A stretch of DNA of 64,000 nucleotides from Azolla caroliniana (taxonomy: Eukaryota > Plantae > Polypodiophyta). The stretch spans positions 4,154,001 to 4,218,000 of the forward strand of contig JBHGNT010000016.1 of NCBI GenBank assembly GCA_043228905.1, written 5' to 3'. A program made the translations under genes and the position numbers. Of the stretch, positions 46,855 to 61,100 are shown piece after piece (position 1 is the first letter of the stretch; the number at the start of each line of letters is the position of its first letter). Under the pieces are notes generated by a model. That model did not search any database. It saw nothing but the letters and a program-made list of their open reading frames with translations, and was not told the DNA's origin.

Positions 46855-47236
46855 GCGTTAGAAAACATAGAAAGCAAAGAATACACAGAGTACACGGGAG
46901 AGACAGAGAGAGCAAAACGTAAAAGCTATATTCAAAACAATATAAACACTCTGTATTTATAACTATGGTTAGTAGCACTATTTATACAAGTCCTCGTGGG
47001 ACTGACAAAAGTACTACGTACTTCAATGCTCACACGAGCATCTGACACTTACTATGAGACTATAATTGCCTAGTAGTCTAAACTAATACTAGGCTTCCGG
47101 TTACCGATTGGATCCGGCTAACCGGCTCCCTAGCTCACCGGCTCTATTGCTTGCCGGTGAGCCGATCCGTCTCGCTCACCAGCTCAGTCTTATCCAGCCG
47201 ATCCGGCTCCAGTTGAGCTTGCCGCTCAACAGTTTT

Positions 47237-49008
47237 TTAATGGAATTATCACAAGTTGGTCAGCTATTAAAAAGTTTATAGTTCGGAAGGTGCCTTCGAC
47301 AACGGATGACTTGTTGAGACAGCCTTGACCTAGAACTTTCTCCTTTCAGATTCAAGTGGTTTTTTGCTTGGTAGCCGTCCTTAGTTGAATTAGGCTTCTG
47401 TGGATGCATCAATAGCAGGTAATGTTCTATCATGGGGATGTTATGTTATGAATCAACCGTTACAATCTCTATCGAGGCTTTCAGTTCGAGGAAGTGCTAT
47501 TATGCGCAATGATATGCAAGTGGCATTGGGACAAATTATGGCTTCATTGTCCCCCTCTAGCAATCAGATTTGGTTTGGTTATTTCTCTTCTTTAAAAATT
47601 ATTTTAGGAGCTAAAGTAATTAACACTACGGGTGATGTAATATACTTTAATGTGGATGATGATGGTAGGCTGTGGCATGTATTTTCTGAATCAAATGTGT
47701 GGATGTCCGCCAATGTTTCAGCGATTCGAGTACTTGCAAGATCTAGAAAAAAATGGTTCTTGGATCCACCCTTTCAAGAATACTTACGGTGTTGTTCATT
47801 GTGGGTTTTTCAAAAACAACCACTTTATAATTTGGATTGGGATCCAACTGACTATCAATGGAAAAAACCGAATGCTAATGGAAATGGTAAACATTTGGAG
47901 TTCTTCCAGTATTCAGTTAAGCTAGGTAGAAATTTATTATTACAATCAAAGTATAAATGCCTTGTTGCCATGAAGCATTGGACTGCAAATAATGTGAATG
48001 CATTGCAACTTACAAAATTTTGGAAATGGTTGTGGAGTATGTAGTTACCGAAAAAAGTAATTTGTTTTCGATGGTTGTTGATGCAATATGCTCTTCCTGT
48101 TGGTGATTGGTTGAGGCCAAATCAGCAATATGCTTGTGGAATGCATTGTGGTGCATTTACGGAATCTATTTTGCATTTGTTTTGGTTATGTCCCAAAATC
48201 AAGCAATTTTGGAATGAGTTGTTTTTATTACCGAGTCACCATTATTCTCGTTCTATTTTCTCATGGGGTGCAATATTATGGGGTGTCCTTCATGGAGATG
48301 TTATGAATTATGGAAGTATGCATGCTTCTCATGTCTTTCACTTTTCCAATGGGTACATCTATCTTAGTTCATTTCCATCTTTTATTCCACAATTTAGAAC
48401 TGAAATTTTGGTTATTTGGTGTACTATTACGTCATTAGCTCTTTCGACAATATGGAAAATGAGATGTGAGGTTGTTTTTAATAATGCTCACATACATCTC
48501 AGTACTATGCTTATTGAATTCTGGTTGTTATTTGTCCATACCATACGTGGGCAATATGATGATCTGCAAGGTTCAACTGATGCTCAAAGGCAACATCAAG
48601 TAGACTTTAAGAAACGGTGGCGAGGGCTTCACTTATTTTCAGATATAACTTCTGGTATGAAGTGGTTGTTATTTGTCCATACCATACGTGGGCAATATGA
48701 TGATCTGCAAGGTTCAACTGATGCTCAAAGGCAACATCAAGTAGACTTTAAGAAACGGTGGCGAGGGCTTCACTTATTTTCAGATATAACTTCTGGTATG
48801 AAGTGGAATTATGCCATGCCTTCTTCTTTTTATTGCATAGCTTGTAGATTGTGCTCCATTCGTTTCTTATATGATATCATCTGTTTGATCAGATATTGGT
48901 AGTAGCTTTTGTCTTACAATAGAGGTGAGATGAAATGTCTCCCTTCTGTTTTCTATATGTACATTTCTCAAGTAATATATTCAGGTGTATCTTTCTTGAA
49001 AAAAAAAG
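47237..49008 (+). mobile_element. 3' continuation of the LINE starting at 13345
   Basis: Resumes after TSD GTTTT; LDWDPTDYQW, zf-RVT-like region, A-tail ~48999-49007; perfect 141-bp duplication 48522-48803. Confidence 0.88.
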
Positions 49009-49294
49009 GTACACCCATAAGGTGGATGCTACAAAGGTTGTAAGATATCCCTATCAAGATGTTTGATAAAAAACTTGGTGACATGTTTCATGAACAAAAA
49101 TGTGGAACTTTTGTGCAATCACAAGTTATTCTAAGGAAGGTTTAATTCCCACACATCTTAGAGAATATCCTACCCTTAAATAAGGGCTTCTTATTTCTAG
49201 ATCATTGTTGAAAGATAACATAAAACCCTTTTCTCATATAATGGAAGGAAGCCTACTTGAGGAATACTTTTCATCTTCAAGAACAACTTCTAGG

Positions 49295-52200
49295 CATGGT
49301 TGTAACATACGTAGCATACCGTACGCGTACAATACGTATGTTACGTATTTTATAAGTATTCTAAATTATTTTTATAAGTTCTTAGAATACGTATTTAAAG
49401 GTAAAATACATTGAGTTCGTTGAGTTCGTTGAGTATGTTGAGTACGTTGAGTACGTTAAATACGTTTTGAATACGTTGAATACTTTAACACCATTGATGT
49501 TGAATGCAAAGATACTCGGATTTGAATAGTATTTACTATATAGTAAACACAAATTATCTTTATTTCCCATGGATAATACATGGTTATCTATGTTTCAATA
49601 CATGTGGTATACATATTTTAAAATGAAAGAGGAGATTCAAGAGTCAAGAACATAATTGAAGTTTGAATCAAAACACATACTATTTCAATCCTCATAGAAA
49701 ATGAATAAAGTAATAAAAAAACTATTAAAATTTAAAACTTTCTTCATACTCATAGTTATTGGTTCTTAAATTCAAATAAATATGCAAAAACCAAGAATCC
49801 ATGCAATTTTCGATTATCTTTCTTCTTCAACATCATCATTAGAAAATTCCATTGTTATATCATCATAGTTGTCCACATAATCACTATCTGAAGATGAATC
49901 AACTATGGCATTGTCAATGTCTTCATCCTCTTGATCTCCATCATCATTTCCATATTCATCATTGCAAGCCTCAATTGTAGTTTGTCGAGTATTTACCCTT
50001 CTTGTACTTGCAACTCTCGCGCAAACTCTTCTAATAATGCTAGAACTTGATCCCACCAATCCTTCATCCACTATCATATTGGCAAACTTAGATCTACTTC
50101 GAGTAACCCGACCAATATGCATAGCCTCTGCTTCCGCAAAATATGCTTGTGCGACTTGAGTATCAATATTGGCTGTTGATGGAGGCATTTCAGCAGTCTT
50201 GTCAATGTCTATCTCATCAGGATTTACCTAAATCAAATAATATTTACCAATTAACAAGGTTCGTTAATTAACCTACAAATGATTTTCTAAACATCAACTT
50301 TCAAGTGTCAAACATGAGTAAGAAAGATGTAGACTTGCATTGGAAGACCTGCATGAGTTTGAAAGCTTCGAACAAGCCTTAAGTTTTCTCTAACATATAC
50401 TAATCTCTCCACTTGTTTCACCTTCGAACAGTTCCTCCTTTTTGTATGTGCCAATGCATGTGCATTCCAATTTCTTTCAGTAGCTCCAGAAGAGCAATCC
50501 TATGACACAAAGTATTAAGCAAACAATACATGTCATTGTAGAAGATTAATAAAATTGAAACATTAATAAAAAAATGAGTTATAATACCTGAGACAATACT
50601 CTACAAGCTAATGATTGTAGCAAGGGCACATTGTCTCCATATCTTTCCCACCATGAAACAGGTTTACATTTTGCAATGTGTGACTTTGATAACTCATTGC
50701 TAAATCGGCCCACACCATTTCTATACATGTCAAATTGATCTTGCAAGATTTCACATTCATCTATAGAATATACTTTTTGAATATATGCAAGCCATCCATC
50801 CATCATCTCTGCATTCATAATAATTGGTTGATCTTTGGGCTTCCATAAAGGATGCAAAATATGTGCAACAATATGAATTGGCTTTTTGAACCACGACCAA
50901 CGACAATCAAAACATTCCAAAACCTCTTTATATCTGCATTAACATTTGACAAACTTAAATCAAAACTGGAAATCAGTTACTGAATTATGCATAATATAGA
51001 CAACAACAATGATTCAAAGAAATGAAAAAGATGCAATAAACAACAATTGTACATAGTACATAGTACATAGAAATAATAATATTAGAATAGAAACATATTA
51101 CCTGTCCTTGTGTAATGTGTCGTCTCTTGCTCCTCGTTCCAATGTGTCTCTAGCCCTCCTCATGAACTCATAAAGTAAGCCCATTGTAGATCCTTCACGA
51201 TTAGTTAGCCGCAAAACAGAAAACAATGGACGCATAATCGAAATTACAATCATAATTGAAGGCAAAGTAGAGCTATCTTGCACAATGGACTTCACCTTGA
51301 CAACATCTGGCTTTTTGGAGTCACTCCAATCCTCCCAATAGTTACTAACCACAATTTGTTCTAGGGCTCTCCAAACTCTTGCCAGCCTCTCAAGGACAAT
51401 AAGGATATAGCCAAATCGAGTGGCACTTGGCCTAAGGAGCACAAGAGATGAATAGTTGCTGAAAATTTTTCGTGCATTCCTTTTCTTGGTGAATAGTCTA
51501 ACCACATAATTTGCTCTCTTGTGCACTCCACGAACCCAAGACAACTTCCCAATATCCTCTAGCAATAAATCTAAAGAATGTGATGCACAAGGAGTCCATA
51601 CAAGGCCTGGGAATTTAGTCTCTAGAATGTGACCCATGCTAACACAATTAGATGCATTGTCAGTGACAATTTGCACCACATTTTCTACTTTTACTTCATT
51701 TATTGCAGTTGATAGCATTTCAGCCAACCATGGACCGTTGACCCTTGTAGAAACACCACTACAATCAATAGTTTTAAGGTACATAGTGCCATAACAACAT
51801 GAGACCAAAATATTCACAAGTGCTCGCTTGCTAGTGTCAATCCATCCATCTGAAAGTATGGTAACTCCATATTTTGGCCAAAGGGCTTTCACATTTTCCA
51901 CTTTGTGTTGCACATTCAAATGCTCTTTCTTTAAATATTTAGCTCTTAAATCATTGTAGGTAATACCACTATACTTTTCCCCAATATCAGAGAAAGCTAA
52001 CAACATGTTCCTCCAACATGACATTTTCAAAAGATTAAAAGATAGATTACCTTCCACAATGCATCTAACCAACATTGTGTTTGCATGGTCTTTCTTGATC
52101 AACATAGCAGCATTTGATCCTCTCCTTATCGTGCTTTGAGTGAGACCTTTTCTTCTTGAACCTTCTGTATCTTCAATATCAATAGGAATTTGGTCTATTG

Positions 52201-54430
52201 AATCCTTCTTAGATGAGGCACTTATGCTAGCCATTGAAGGTTGTGATTGGAACATTGAATCAACCATTGAATCCACAATGCCTTCTTGAAGCTCAATTTG
52301 TTGTTCCATGGCTTCCACTTCTTTAATGCGTTTTAGCTTCTTGCGAGTCAATTCACTTTCTTGTGCTACTGCCATAGCCTCAAGCCTCTAGAGTTACTTG
52401 CACACACTTGTCTATACCTTCACCTTTAATTCCAGCAAGGTGAGCAACTAAATGTGTTAGTATCCCAAACCCATGAAAACCACATAATCTACAATCCCAA
52501 TAATAGTTCCCAGATGACTTCCCAGCTTGTCTGTTCACACAATATTTATCCCATAAGGGGGATTCCTTGCGTGGCATAGTTGATTGAGTATGACAAGTTC
52601 TAGAGATTCGAAGTTGTCTTTTATATTTTCCTAGATTCATGAATTCACAATGTTAAATATGTGAATAAGGAAATCATGTGATGTAACAATGTAGGAAGGG
52701 ATTGTGTGAATGATAAGCATAACCAAATGACAAATCTGAATGGAAGCTAGCTACCTAAGCAAATGGCATTCCATCCCTATTAAGAGGAAAAATTATTATT
52801 CATTAGAAATGAATTATAAAGAGCATCATATGGAACTTTTACCTGTGATATAGGCGTGCTTTTGAATGAAGAGACTATTCTTTGATAAGCCACCACAAGC
52901 TATCAGAGTCTCTATCTGCCACCAACATTGTTATATTAAAGAAGGGATAGACACACATATAACCAAACCATACATGTAACATGTTGAACTATACAATAGT
53001 CTATTTATGCATATAAATTAATGGAATTTGTGTTTTGATGAATTCAATAGGAAAAACTCCAAACAATCTTGGATGGCGTCGTGGCAGTGATTTTCATTTA
53101 ACATCTCTACCAAATCACCAATAATTAGCTTTTATCAAATTAATAATCATTGAAGAATGCTTGAGAAGACAGTAAGAGTGTGGTATATACAACACATTAC
53201 ATCGATTGACCATAAAGCTTATCATCCCCCATAAAGATTATTCTTCGATAAAACAAAGAAGACTAAACTAGGGAGAACTAAGAAACTACTTATACCTCCA
53301 AGTTTTGCAATATTTCAATAGAAAACGAGTGTAGGGAGAAATAAAGAAGCAATTTTCTACAATAACTCCTTTCCATAGATTGAGGAGAAGGAAGAATTAA
53401 TCTATCCAATGATTAAAGAATTTTATTTAGGCTTTCGAACCGAATAATTGTGACTAAATGAGGGAGAAAGAAGAGATTATTTCTTCCTAATTTAGTCCAA
53501 TTTACTACTTAATCATACAAGATCAATGGAAAGAAAGGAAATTCCTCCTTACTTACATCTAAGTTTAGATTCAAGCAATTTCTCCTCAATTATGAATGCA
53601 AATCAGTTAATCAACAGAACTTGAAGCATTTTGACAGGAAAAAAGTCACTAAATTAGGGAGAGGAATCCTAATTAAGCCCATCCAATATGCATGCCTTCC
53701 AAAGAATTAACATTTTCAAGAACATCAGAAACTAAAACGGGTGAATAAAGAGATAATTTCCTACAATATATATCCAAATTGTAGGTAATGAATTGAAGAT
53801 TAATGGAGTCACATCAGATAATTAGTAGACGGATGACTCTTCAAAATTTTCATTACATGTAGGGAGAAGGAAAAAAGCAATTTTTCTCCTAAATAAGTTC
53901 ACTTTTAGATCAAAATCGATAGATAGAGGTCTTTCAACACACTAAATAGAAGTTCCAATAAGAAGAATCAAGCAGAAATATATCCCTCAATCGACAGGAA
54001 TTGATCTCTCTTGAGTTAACCACAAACTAGGAGGTTGTTAAATTTCAAGAATTTTTTAAGAAGAAAGAAGGAAATCAACGAAGGAGAATACACCTTGTAG
54101 TATGTACGTTGAGCTCTTAAAAGGGAAGAAAGGGAGGAGGAAGAAGAAGGGATTCATAGCTTCATAGTTTGGATTTCGTTTAAGAAGCTTCCATGTACCT
54201 GTGTAAAAACCTAGTGTCTACAAAATGCAAACATTGTAACACTCGTTACAAAAACCCCCAAATTGTTTTTTTTTATTATTAAAAAAAGCCCTAGAAAATT
54301 AATTTTTAAATTATTTACAAATTTAGGCTTACAAAAAATGGCAGTTCCAAAAGGTAGAATACGTTTAGAATACGTGTGGGTATTCTAAAACGTACTCTAT
54401 TTATAAAATACGCGTTTTTTAACAACAGAA
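49295..54430 (-). mobile_element. hAT DNA transposon
   Basis: 8-bp TSD (C/G)TTCTAGG at 49287-49294 and 54431-54438, degenerate TIRs (GTTGT core), TACG-rich subterminal repeats, transposase. Confidence 0.8.
49814..52577 (-). pseudogene. hAT transposase (BED finger, DUF659-like, dimerisation domain), spliced
   Basis: WDCRLC..HL, SDGW, VTDNASN, PCASHSLDL, ATRF, WWERYG, SSGATERNW; introns ~51101-50935, ~50587-50500, ~50348-50229; premature stop at 52380. Confidence 0.88.
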
Positions 54431-54469
54431 GTTCTAGGGTGACAAAATTAACAAGTCATTCAATACACT

Positions 54470-55674
54470 CCTATCCACGTGGTGGTGCAGGTTGGTAACA
54501 TCTGGAATACAGAGCCGGATGTTGCTAAGGTGGAACCCCATTGGAAGTTATGGGTATATGGTTGTCGTCCCCTCATCGAACTAGAATGGGACCCAGGGGA
54601 TTTCAGGTGGAAACATGATGGCAGATTTCGCCATTTCTTCGAGTACAACACTAAACTGGATTGGGCTTTTCAACTACAGCTAAACGGCCCCTTACGCAAT
54701 GGCTGGCGTACACTGGGCATCCCTGATGAGGTGCTCATTACCTTTTGGAAGGGTCTCTGGCATCTCCACTTGCCGGAAAAGATAAAGTTTTTTTGGTGGC
54801 AAATTAGTCATAATGTGGTTCCCGTTGGCGAATGGCTAGGTAAACGTGGCGGCCCGTTAGGCTACCCACTTTGCCATTCACCTATTGAGACTCTGAGGCA
54901 TTGTCTGTGGGATTGCCCTCACGCTCAAAAGGTATGAGATAGAGTGACTCGCCTCCTTGCGGCATGTGAAGTGGATGGAACAACATCGTGGAGTGTTGCG
55001 GCATGGCTTGATCACTCTGTTGATAGGTGGACGGACGCCTTCAATGCAAATAGTTGGTGCTATGTATGCATGAGAGGAAAAATCGCCAAGATTCAATTTG
55101 AGAGAGGCTTGCAGTCCGCATCCCCTAGGTTCTCGGACATTTGGCTGTTGATAGCAAGTTTCACCCTGTCGTATGTATGGAAAGCGCGTTGCCTAAAGGT
55201 CTTCCAGGATTTGGTGTGACCCCCAGAGGAAGTGATCATGGACATATGGTTTGCGCTTATTAGCTTCCTACAAGGGCAATTGGACGAGGTTTGCAGCCAT
55301 TCCTCTGACGTGGGTACTACCCGTTTGCGCTTTTGGCAGAAATGGCGGAACACGCCTATGGTGACACAAGGAGGAAGTGGCCCGAGGTGGAACTACCAAC
55401 CCCCACGCTGGTTGTTTCCGGCTCACTTACCACCCTCTCTCTGTTGTCAACCCCAAGAGTTGTCTCGTACTAGCCATCACTACAGGGCACTGTTTTAGTT
55501 GTAGGTACTTACACTAAGTAGTCCGTCCGAAAGGCGATGTAACTAGTCTCAATTTCTTGAACTTGATCGGAGGGGGTTTCCTCGATCTACGTTTTAGCCT
55601 CCTTGTACAGTCTCTTTGTAATAATCCTACCTAACTAATGGAAAAGTAGCTTCATTTTGGAAAGAAAAAAAAAA
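54470..55674 (+). mobile_element. 5'-truncated LINE
   Basis: LEWDPGDFRW, zf-RVT-like FWKGLW..PEKIKFFWW..ETLRHCLWDC, poly(A) 55660-55674. Confidence 0.85.
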
Positions 55675-57454
55675 CACTTTCATGACCTATTCAATAGCCA
55701 AAAATATCAAACAGGTCAATGTGCCTATGTTTGTTAATTAACATGAACTACACATCTACAAGACCCTTATACTCTAACGATATGGTTGTGTAAATGGATT
55801 ACATTCACTATGATTTTGTATCAGCCCTTTAGATAGGAGTAAGATGCAACTACCTCCAACTTTTCTTCTAGAAAAATGTCTTCATAATTTCACTTTCCAT
55901 GGTCCAAGGGTGGAAATAATACCATTTTGTATTTCCTTTAAAGAAATGTTATAGCTCGTTAAGAAAACAAGATATATAATACCATAGCTTGTCATATAGT
56001 ATTAGCATTTTGCGAGTCATGCAACAATCATCATAATGATAGAACAATTTAATATTTTTTGACAAGCATGTTCATTGTCCTTATTTCATCCAATATATAT
56101 GACTAAGAATAAGATGTGTACCTTGGGATAAAATAAAATTTTGAAATAAAGTAAATGCATCAAATGATAAATCATGTTGGTTGAGGAACAACATTTGTGT
56201 GATGACAAAAACACTAATTTTGTTTAGCAAAGAATATAGGAGAAAATGAATGATACATATTGGTCCCACATTGGCAAAGCATGAGACTGAAATGATCTTA
56301 ACCATGAAAGCAGCATACCCCTTAATGGGGAACCATGTACATTCAAATCCCAATGAGGACAAAAAACCTTCTTGTTATATCAAACGTTAACAACCAACAA
56401 TGTGTTGAGATAAACATCTTTAACCAAGGCTCCTCAATCTTTATGTCGGTTTGGTCCATATGATGCTTTATCACCATCATTTTCTTCCCTATGAGTGATG
56501 GGCTTCCTACTTCCTTTTTTCATTTCAAGGCTTCTTGGAACTCCGTTACTTTTATGAATGGATAAAAAAAACACATTTTTATTGACACCAAGCACCAAGC
56601 ACTTCGAGGAAAAAGAGTGCATGCGAGGTGAAAAACCGGGTGCATGTTAAAAAAAAGAGTTACGATTTTTATTTGCATGAGGTGCTCCTAAGGCCTATAA
56701 AAGGGAGAGGAGAGTTCATTGCAAAAGGGGATTTTTTAGACCAAGGTGGACGCATGGGTTCAAGTGACTCAAGAGGGCGTTCAAGATCACCAATTGCAAA
56801 AGGCAATGAAGTCGTTGAGTTGGTCCTTTGAACTAAAACTTGAGGATATCCCCCCAAAGTTCTATCTACATATCAAATATCTCTATCTTATTTATCTATT
56901 TACCTCCTAAGTCACTCCATGTAACAGAGTTGAGAATCATCTCACTTATATCTAAATCAACTTTTCAATCTCCGATGTATTTTGCCTTTTCGGTATTCAT
57001 AAATTTTTTTATAGGAAAATCGACTATCTAATGTTATTTGTTATTAAATGGGGATTGGAATGGATTTCTCGGCTCCGAAATCCTAGCTCGAAACACAAAT
57101 TTACACTATTCGGATTAAAATTTTGTGAGAAGACATGCCCTCAAATCACCACATCGAGAAACTCATATCGTTGACAAGAAGAATTTGTCACGAGATTTCT
57201 GTGAGATTTTTTGGATCATGATTCTGACCACGGTGTGAGAAGTTGGAGCCTTCTCCTCGCTCCAATCTTCTCCTCCTCAAACGTTCTCGTTGTTGGAGGA
57301 AGTGAGTGTCATGATGTTTCAACACATAGCTTGAAACCATCCCCATTAGGGAGTAAAATAATGATATGAGGATGTAAGCCAATATGCCACAAAGGTGTAT
57401 TTGGGAAAGGCAAGAATTCAAACCATGGACCTTCAAGGTATAAGCATTGTATTT

Positions 57455-58135
57455 ACCAATAGGATAACTACTATTGAGTATTTGATTTTGTATAAATAGT
57501 TTTAGATATCAATTGATGTCAAAAACCACTAAAACAAAACCACGGTCCACATGCGCAAACCCTTGGTTTCAATGTTGGAAGCCCATGACCAATAGGGTAA
57601 CTACTATAGAGTGTTTGATTTCTCACAAGTAAATTTGACATGTGAATAGATAGTCAAAAACCACTAAAACAAAACCACATGTGCAAACCCCTGGTTTCAA
57701 TGTTGAAAGCCCATGACCAATGGGGTAACTACTATGGAGAGTTTGATTTCTCAGAGATAAATTTTACATGTGAATAGATAGCCAAAAACCACTAAACAAT
57801 TGATGTAAAAATAGTTTTAGATATCAATTGATGTCAAAAACCACTCAAACAAAACCACATCAGGGGTTTCAATGTTGGAAGCCCATGACCAATAGGGTAA
57901 CTACTATAGAGTGTTTGATTTCTCACAGGTCAATTTGACATGTGAATAGATAGTCAAAAAGCACTAAAAGAAAACCACATGTGCAAACCCCTGGTTTCAA
58001 TGTTGAAAGCCCATGACCAATGGGGTAACTACTATGGAGAGTTTGATTCCTCAGAGATAAATTTTACATGTGAATAGATAGTCAAAAACCACTCAAACAA
58101 AACCACGTGCGCAAACCCATGGTTCCAATGTTGGT
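57455..58135. repeat. ~130-bp tandem repeat with a 300-bp higher-order duplication
   Basis: ACCAATRGGRTAACTACTAT at ~57455, 57588, 57716, 57888 and 58016. Confidence 0.85.
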
Positions 58136-58199
58136 TTAAGTCCTTGGTGGTTACACTCACGTTTCACACATACACGGTAGCTTCACAACAACGTTAAAA

Positions 58200-61100
58200 C
58201 GAAATTTCTTGAATCTATGATTCAACAATGGGTGGACCAACAAGTACTCTAAATATCATTACATCTAGCATGGGCCCTAGTGTGAAAGGGTAGGAACTGG
58301 AGTCTGTGAAGCCTCCTCCTACTATACCACACATGTGCGTCAAAGGGCAAGTGAACTTTGACTTCGGTAAAGGATCGGACAACTTCCTCCATAGTTGAAT
58401 ATTGTCTCACGTCAATACCACATCTTCAATTCTTAACGTGTAAAATCTCATTTGGCATTTTCTAGTTCATGGCATCGTAATCCCATTGATCTCCCAAAAT
58501 TTGGAGACTTACACAATTGAGTCTCAAAGCGATCTATCTATTCATGTATGTATGTACGTAATGTACTTTGAGACAATGTTGTACAACCAATATGCATTCA
58601 AGTTTCCCACATATGCCCAAGAAGGCTTGGTCCATTAGGAACAATTTCATTTTTTCCAAAAGTTAGCATTGTTAGAGGGATGTTCTAAAAAGTCTTATGA
58701 CCTTCAAGCTTCAACGTTGAAAGGAGAATAGTCACAAAGATTTAACTAAGCCCAATCCTCCATAAAATTGGTCACAACTTTAACAATCCACTTAGTAGCC
58801 AATCTGGAAAATAATATATGGAGATGAAGGATTCATATAACCAACCCTTCTGGATTTTGGGAGAAGTGTAAATATTAAATACAAGTTTGGGGGGCATGAA
58901 CTATGATTTTACCTCAAAGTAAAGAAACTCAAAATAAACTATCCAATCCAACCATATGATCTACACACTCTCACAATTAAGCCATATGCTTGGTGTCTGT
59001 GCCAGAACGTATCACTAAAGTATGAAGATATTTCTTTCAAGGATGGGCTTTCAACCTTGTTCGAATAGGAGGTAAATGAGAAGACTATAATCCTTGTTTC
59101 ATTGAAATTGATATTTGTACTTCAAGCAATACACATATCTCTAAGTATTCCAAAAAAAAATTCATAGATGTCTTATTGTCCTTTACCAAACCATTGGTGT
59201 CATCAACAAATTCAATACTTCCAACTCACCTTTGTTTATCTTGTCTTGGACTAGCTAAGTTAGTTCATATGTACCAATAGCACGCAATAGAGGGGCAAGT
59301 GGGAAACCTTACCTAATGGATCATGTGTGACAAAAGAGCTCAATCAACAACAATCAATGGTAATATGGGCAATAGCATTACCAAAAAGTATAATAGCAAA
59401 ACTAATCAATCTCTTTCATATATCATATGCATTGTCAAAATTAGTTTTGTAAAACAAAGTCTTGATTGATTTTGAGGTATAATATAAATCACCTTCTTGT
59501 AAAACCCTTAGGTTCTTCTGTTATGAAATTGTTCATCTGGCCATGGAATCTATTGTCTATAACTTTGGCAAATATTTTATATGTAGAAGTGAGATCTTGA
59601 CTTTTGTAATTTATCCTTCTTATCTCCTTCATGTGGATGTAAGCTTGTGTATTCTTGATGAGTATCAACGACGTCTAGGATGAAAATTTCTTTGAAATTG
59701 TTGTAAAACTCATTTGGGATCCATACAAATCTAGTCTTTTACCTTGTTGTAGCAACTCAATGACCTTATCAATGTCCTCTTTCAACGTAAAAGAATCATG
59801 AGAGTTGTAATATTGGAGGGTTCCTTGTTTTGTTTCTTGCTCTAGTTTCTTAACGTATGCTCTCTACTTCTCCTTTGTCATGGTTTTAGGAAGACGAGAA
59901 GATATTATTGTATCAACAACATTTTTTCGTTAAGAGTAGTTTCATTTGTTATGCGAAGAAAGAGATATTTTCTTCTAATTTACTTCAAAGTGCACTTTAT
60001 ATTTGCTAGATTTTCTTCTAATGCTCTTAAACAAGGAAGAAATAGCCTTGCCACCTTGTGTGATCTTCCGCTGAGAGAGCTTTTTGTTGGCATCTTTAGC
60101 TTCTTTGGAAATATAGCTTTCAAGCATAAAATGTCTTGTTGACCATTCACTTCACCTTCACCACCATTCTTTCCATTGATCCTAGTCTTTCATGATCAAT
60201 AACTTTCTCAAGATTTTTTGTGTCATTGATGTGTTTCTTGACTTCGATAATAAGTTGTCTCATGACAAACCCCACTATTTGGTGGAATTTAAAGGGCATT
60301 GTGGAATTTTTTCTTTCAAACGGTACTTGTTTTATCTTTGCCATATTCCTTATCAAGTAAAGATATCAACATGAAACCAACTTGCTTTTCTATTTACAAC
60401 TTTCCCTCAATAGGTTTCAGTCAAACATGGTAATGGTGAGGTAATAATTGGATTTAGTATGTTAGGAATAGTCTAGAATGTCATTATTGAGAAAATATTT
60501 GTCCACACTAGTTTTCCTATGTTGGTTAACACTTCTAAAGTTTCCCAAAGTAAATTCCACATTTCTTGTGATGCAAACCAAGGGATGTTTGTTGGTTGTG
60601 TGAAAGGTTGTAGCACTATAACAATTAATGTTATGTAGATTGGTCATGTATGACGATAAAAGGGATGAATATCAAATCACAATGTTAATTTTGGTATTAA
60701 GGTATCTTGTTGATAGTATTAAAGGAGATGTAAACATGTACTTGGCACAATTGATAACCTTTAATAGTTGTAGGTGAGGAACAGTGTAATCAATTTGATT
60801 GTTTTCCCTTCCTCACATTCATGTAAAAGAAGGCTAAGATTAAGAAGGAATTTCTATCTCTCTCTCGGTTGGTCTCACATTCTTGAGGATTAGTTCGCTC
60901 TCTAATTCTCTAGTTTTTTCCATCAAGATTAGTAAGAAAAATAGCAACCCCATCACCTCTCTTGGCACCTCTTATATGATCATTACTAGAGTTGTGCTCC
61001 TAATTTGTTGTCACCTCTTAGCACCTTTCGTATCACCATTCATAGAGTTGTGCTCCTAATTGGCTTTTGTAGCCTCTAAGAACCACCATGTCATGGTCAT

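Larger units (their letters stand above)
16220..47231 (-). mobile_element. Copia B, Ty1/Copia with internal deletion, hosting five nested Gypsy elements
   Basis: TSD GTTTT (16215-16219, 47232-47236). Split LTRs 16220-16354+30676-30891 and 43637-43661+46859-47231. PBS TGGTATCATAG at 43626-43636; PPT at 30892-30901. Confidence 0.93.

Noticed and set aside
56403-57035. Possible solo LTR with TATA box CCTATAAAAGG (~56694)
   Set aside because: No clean TG..CA termini or unambiguous TSD could be established.
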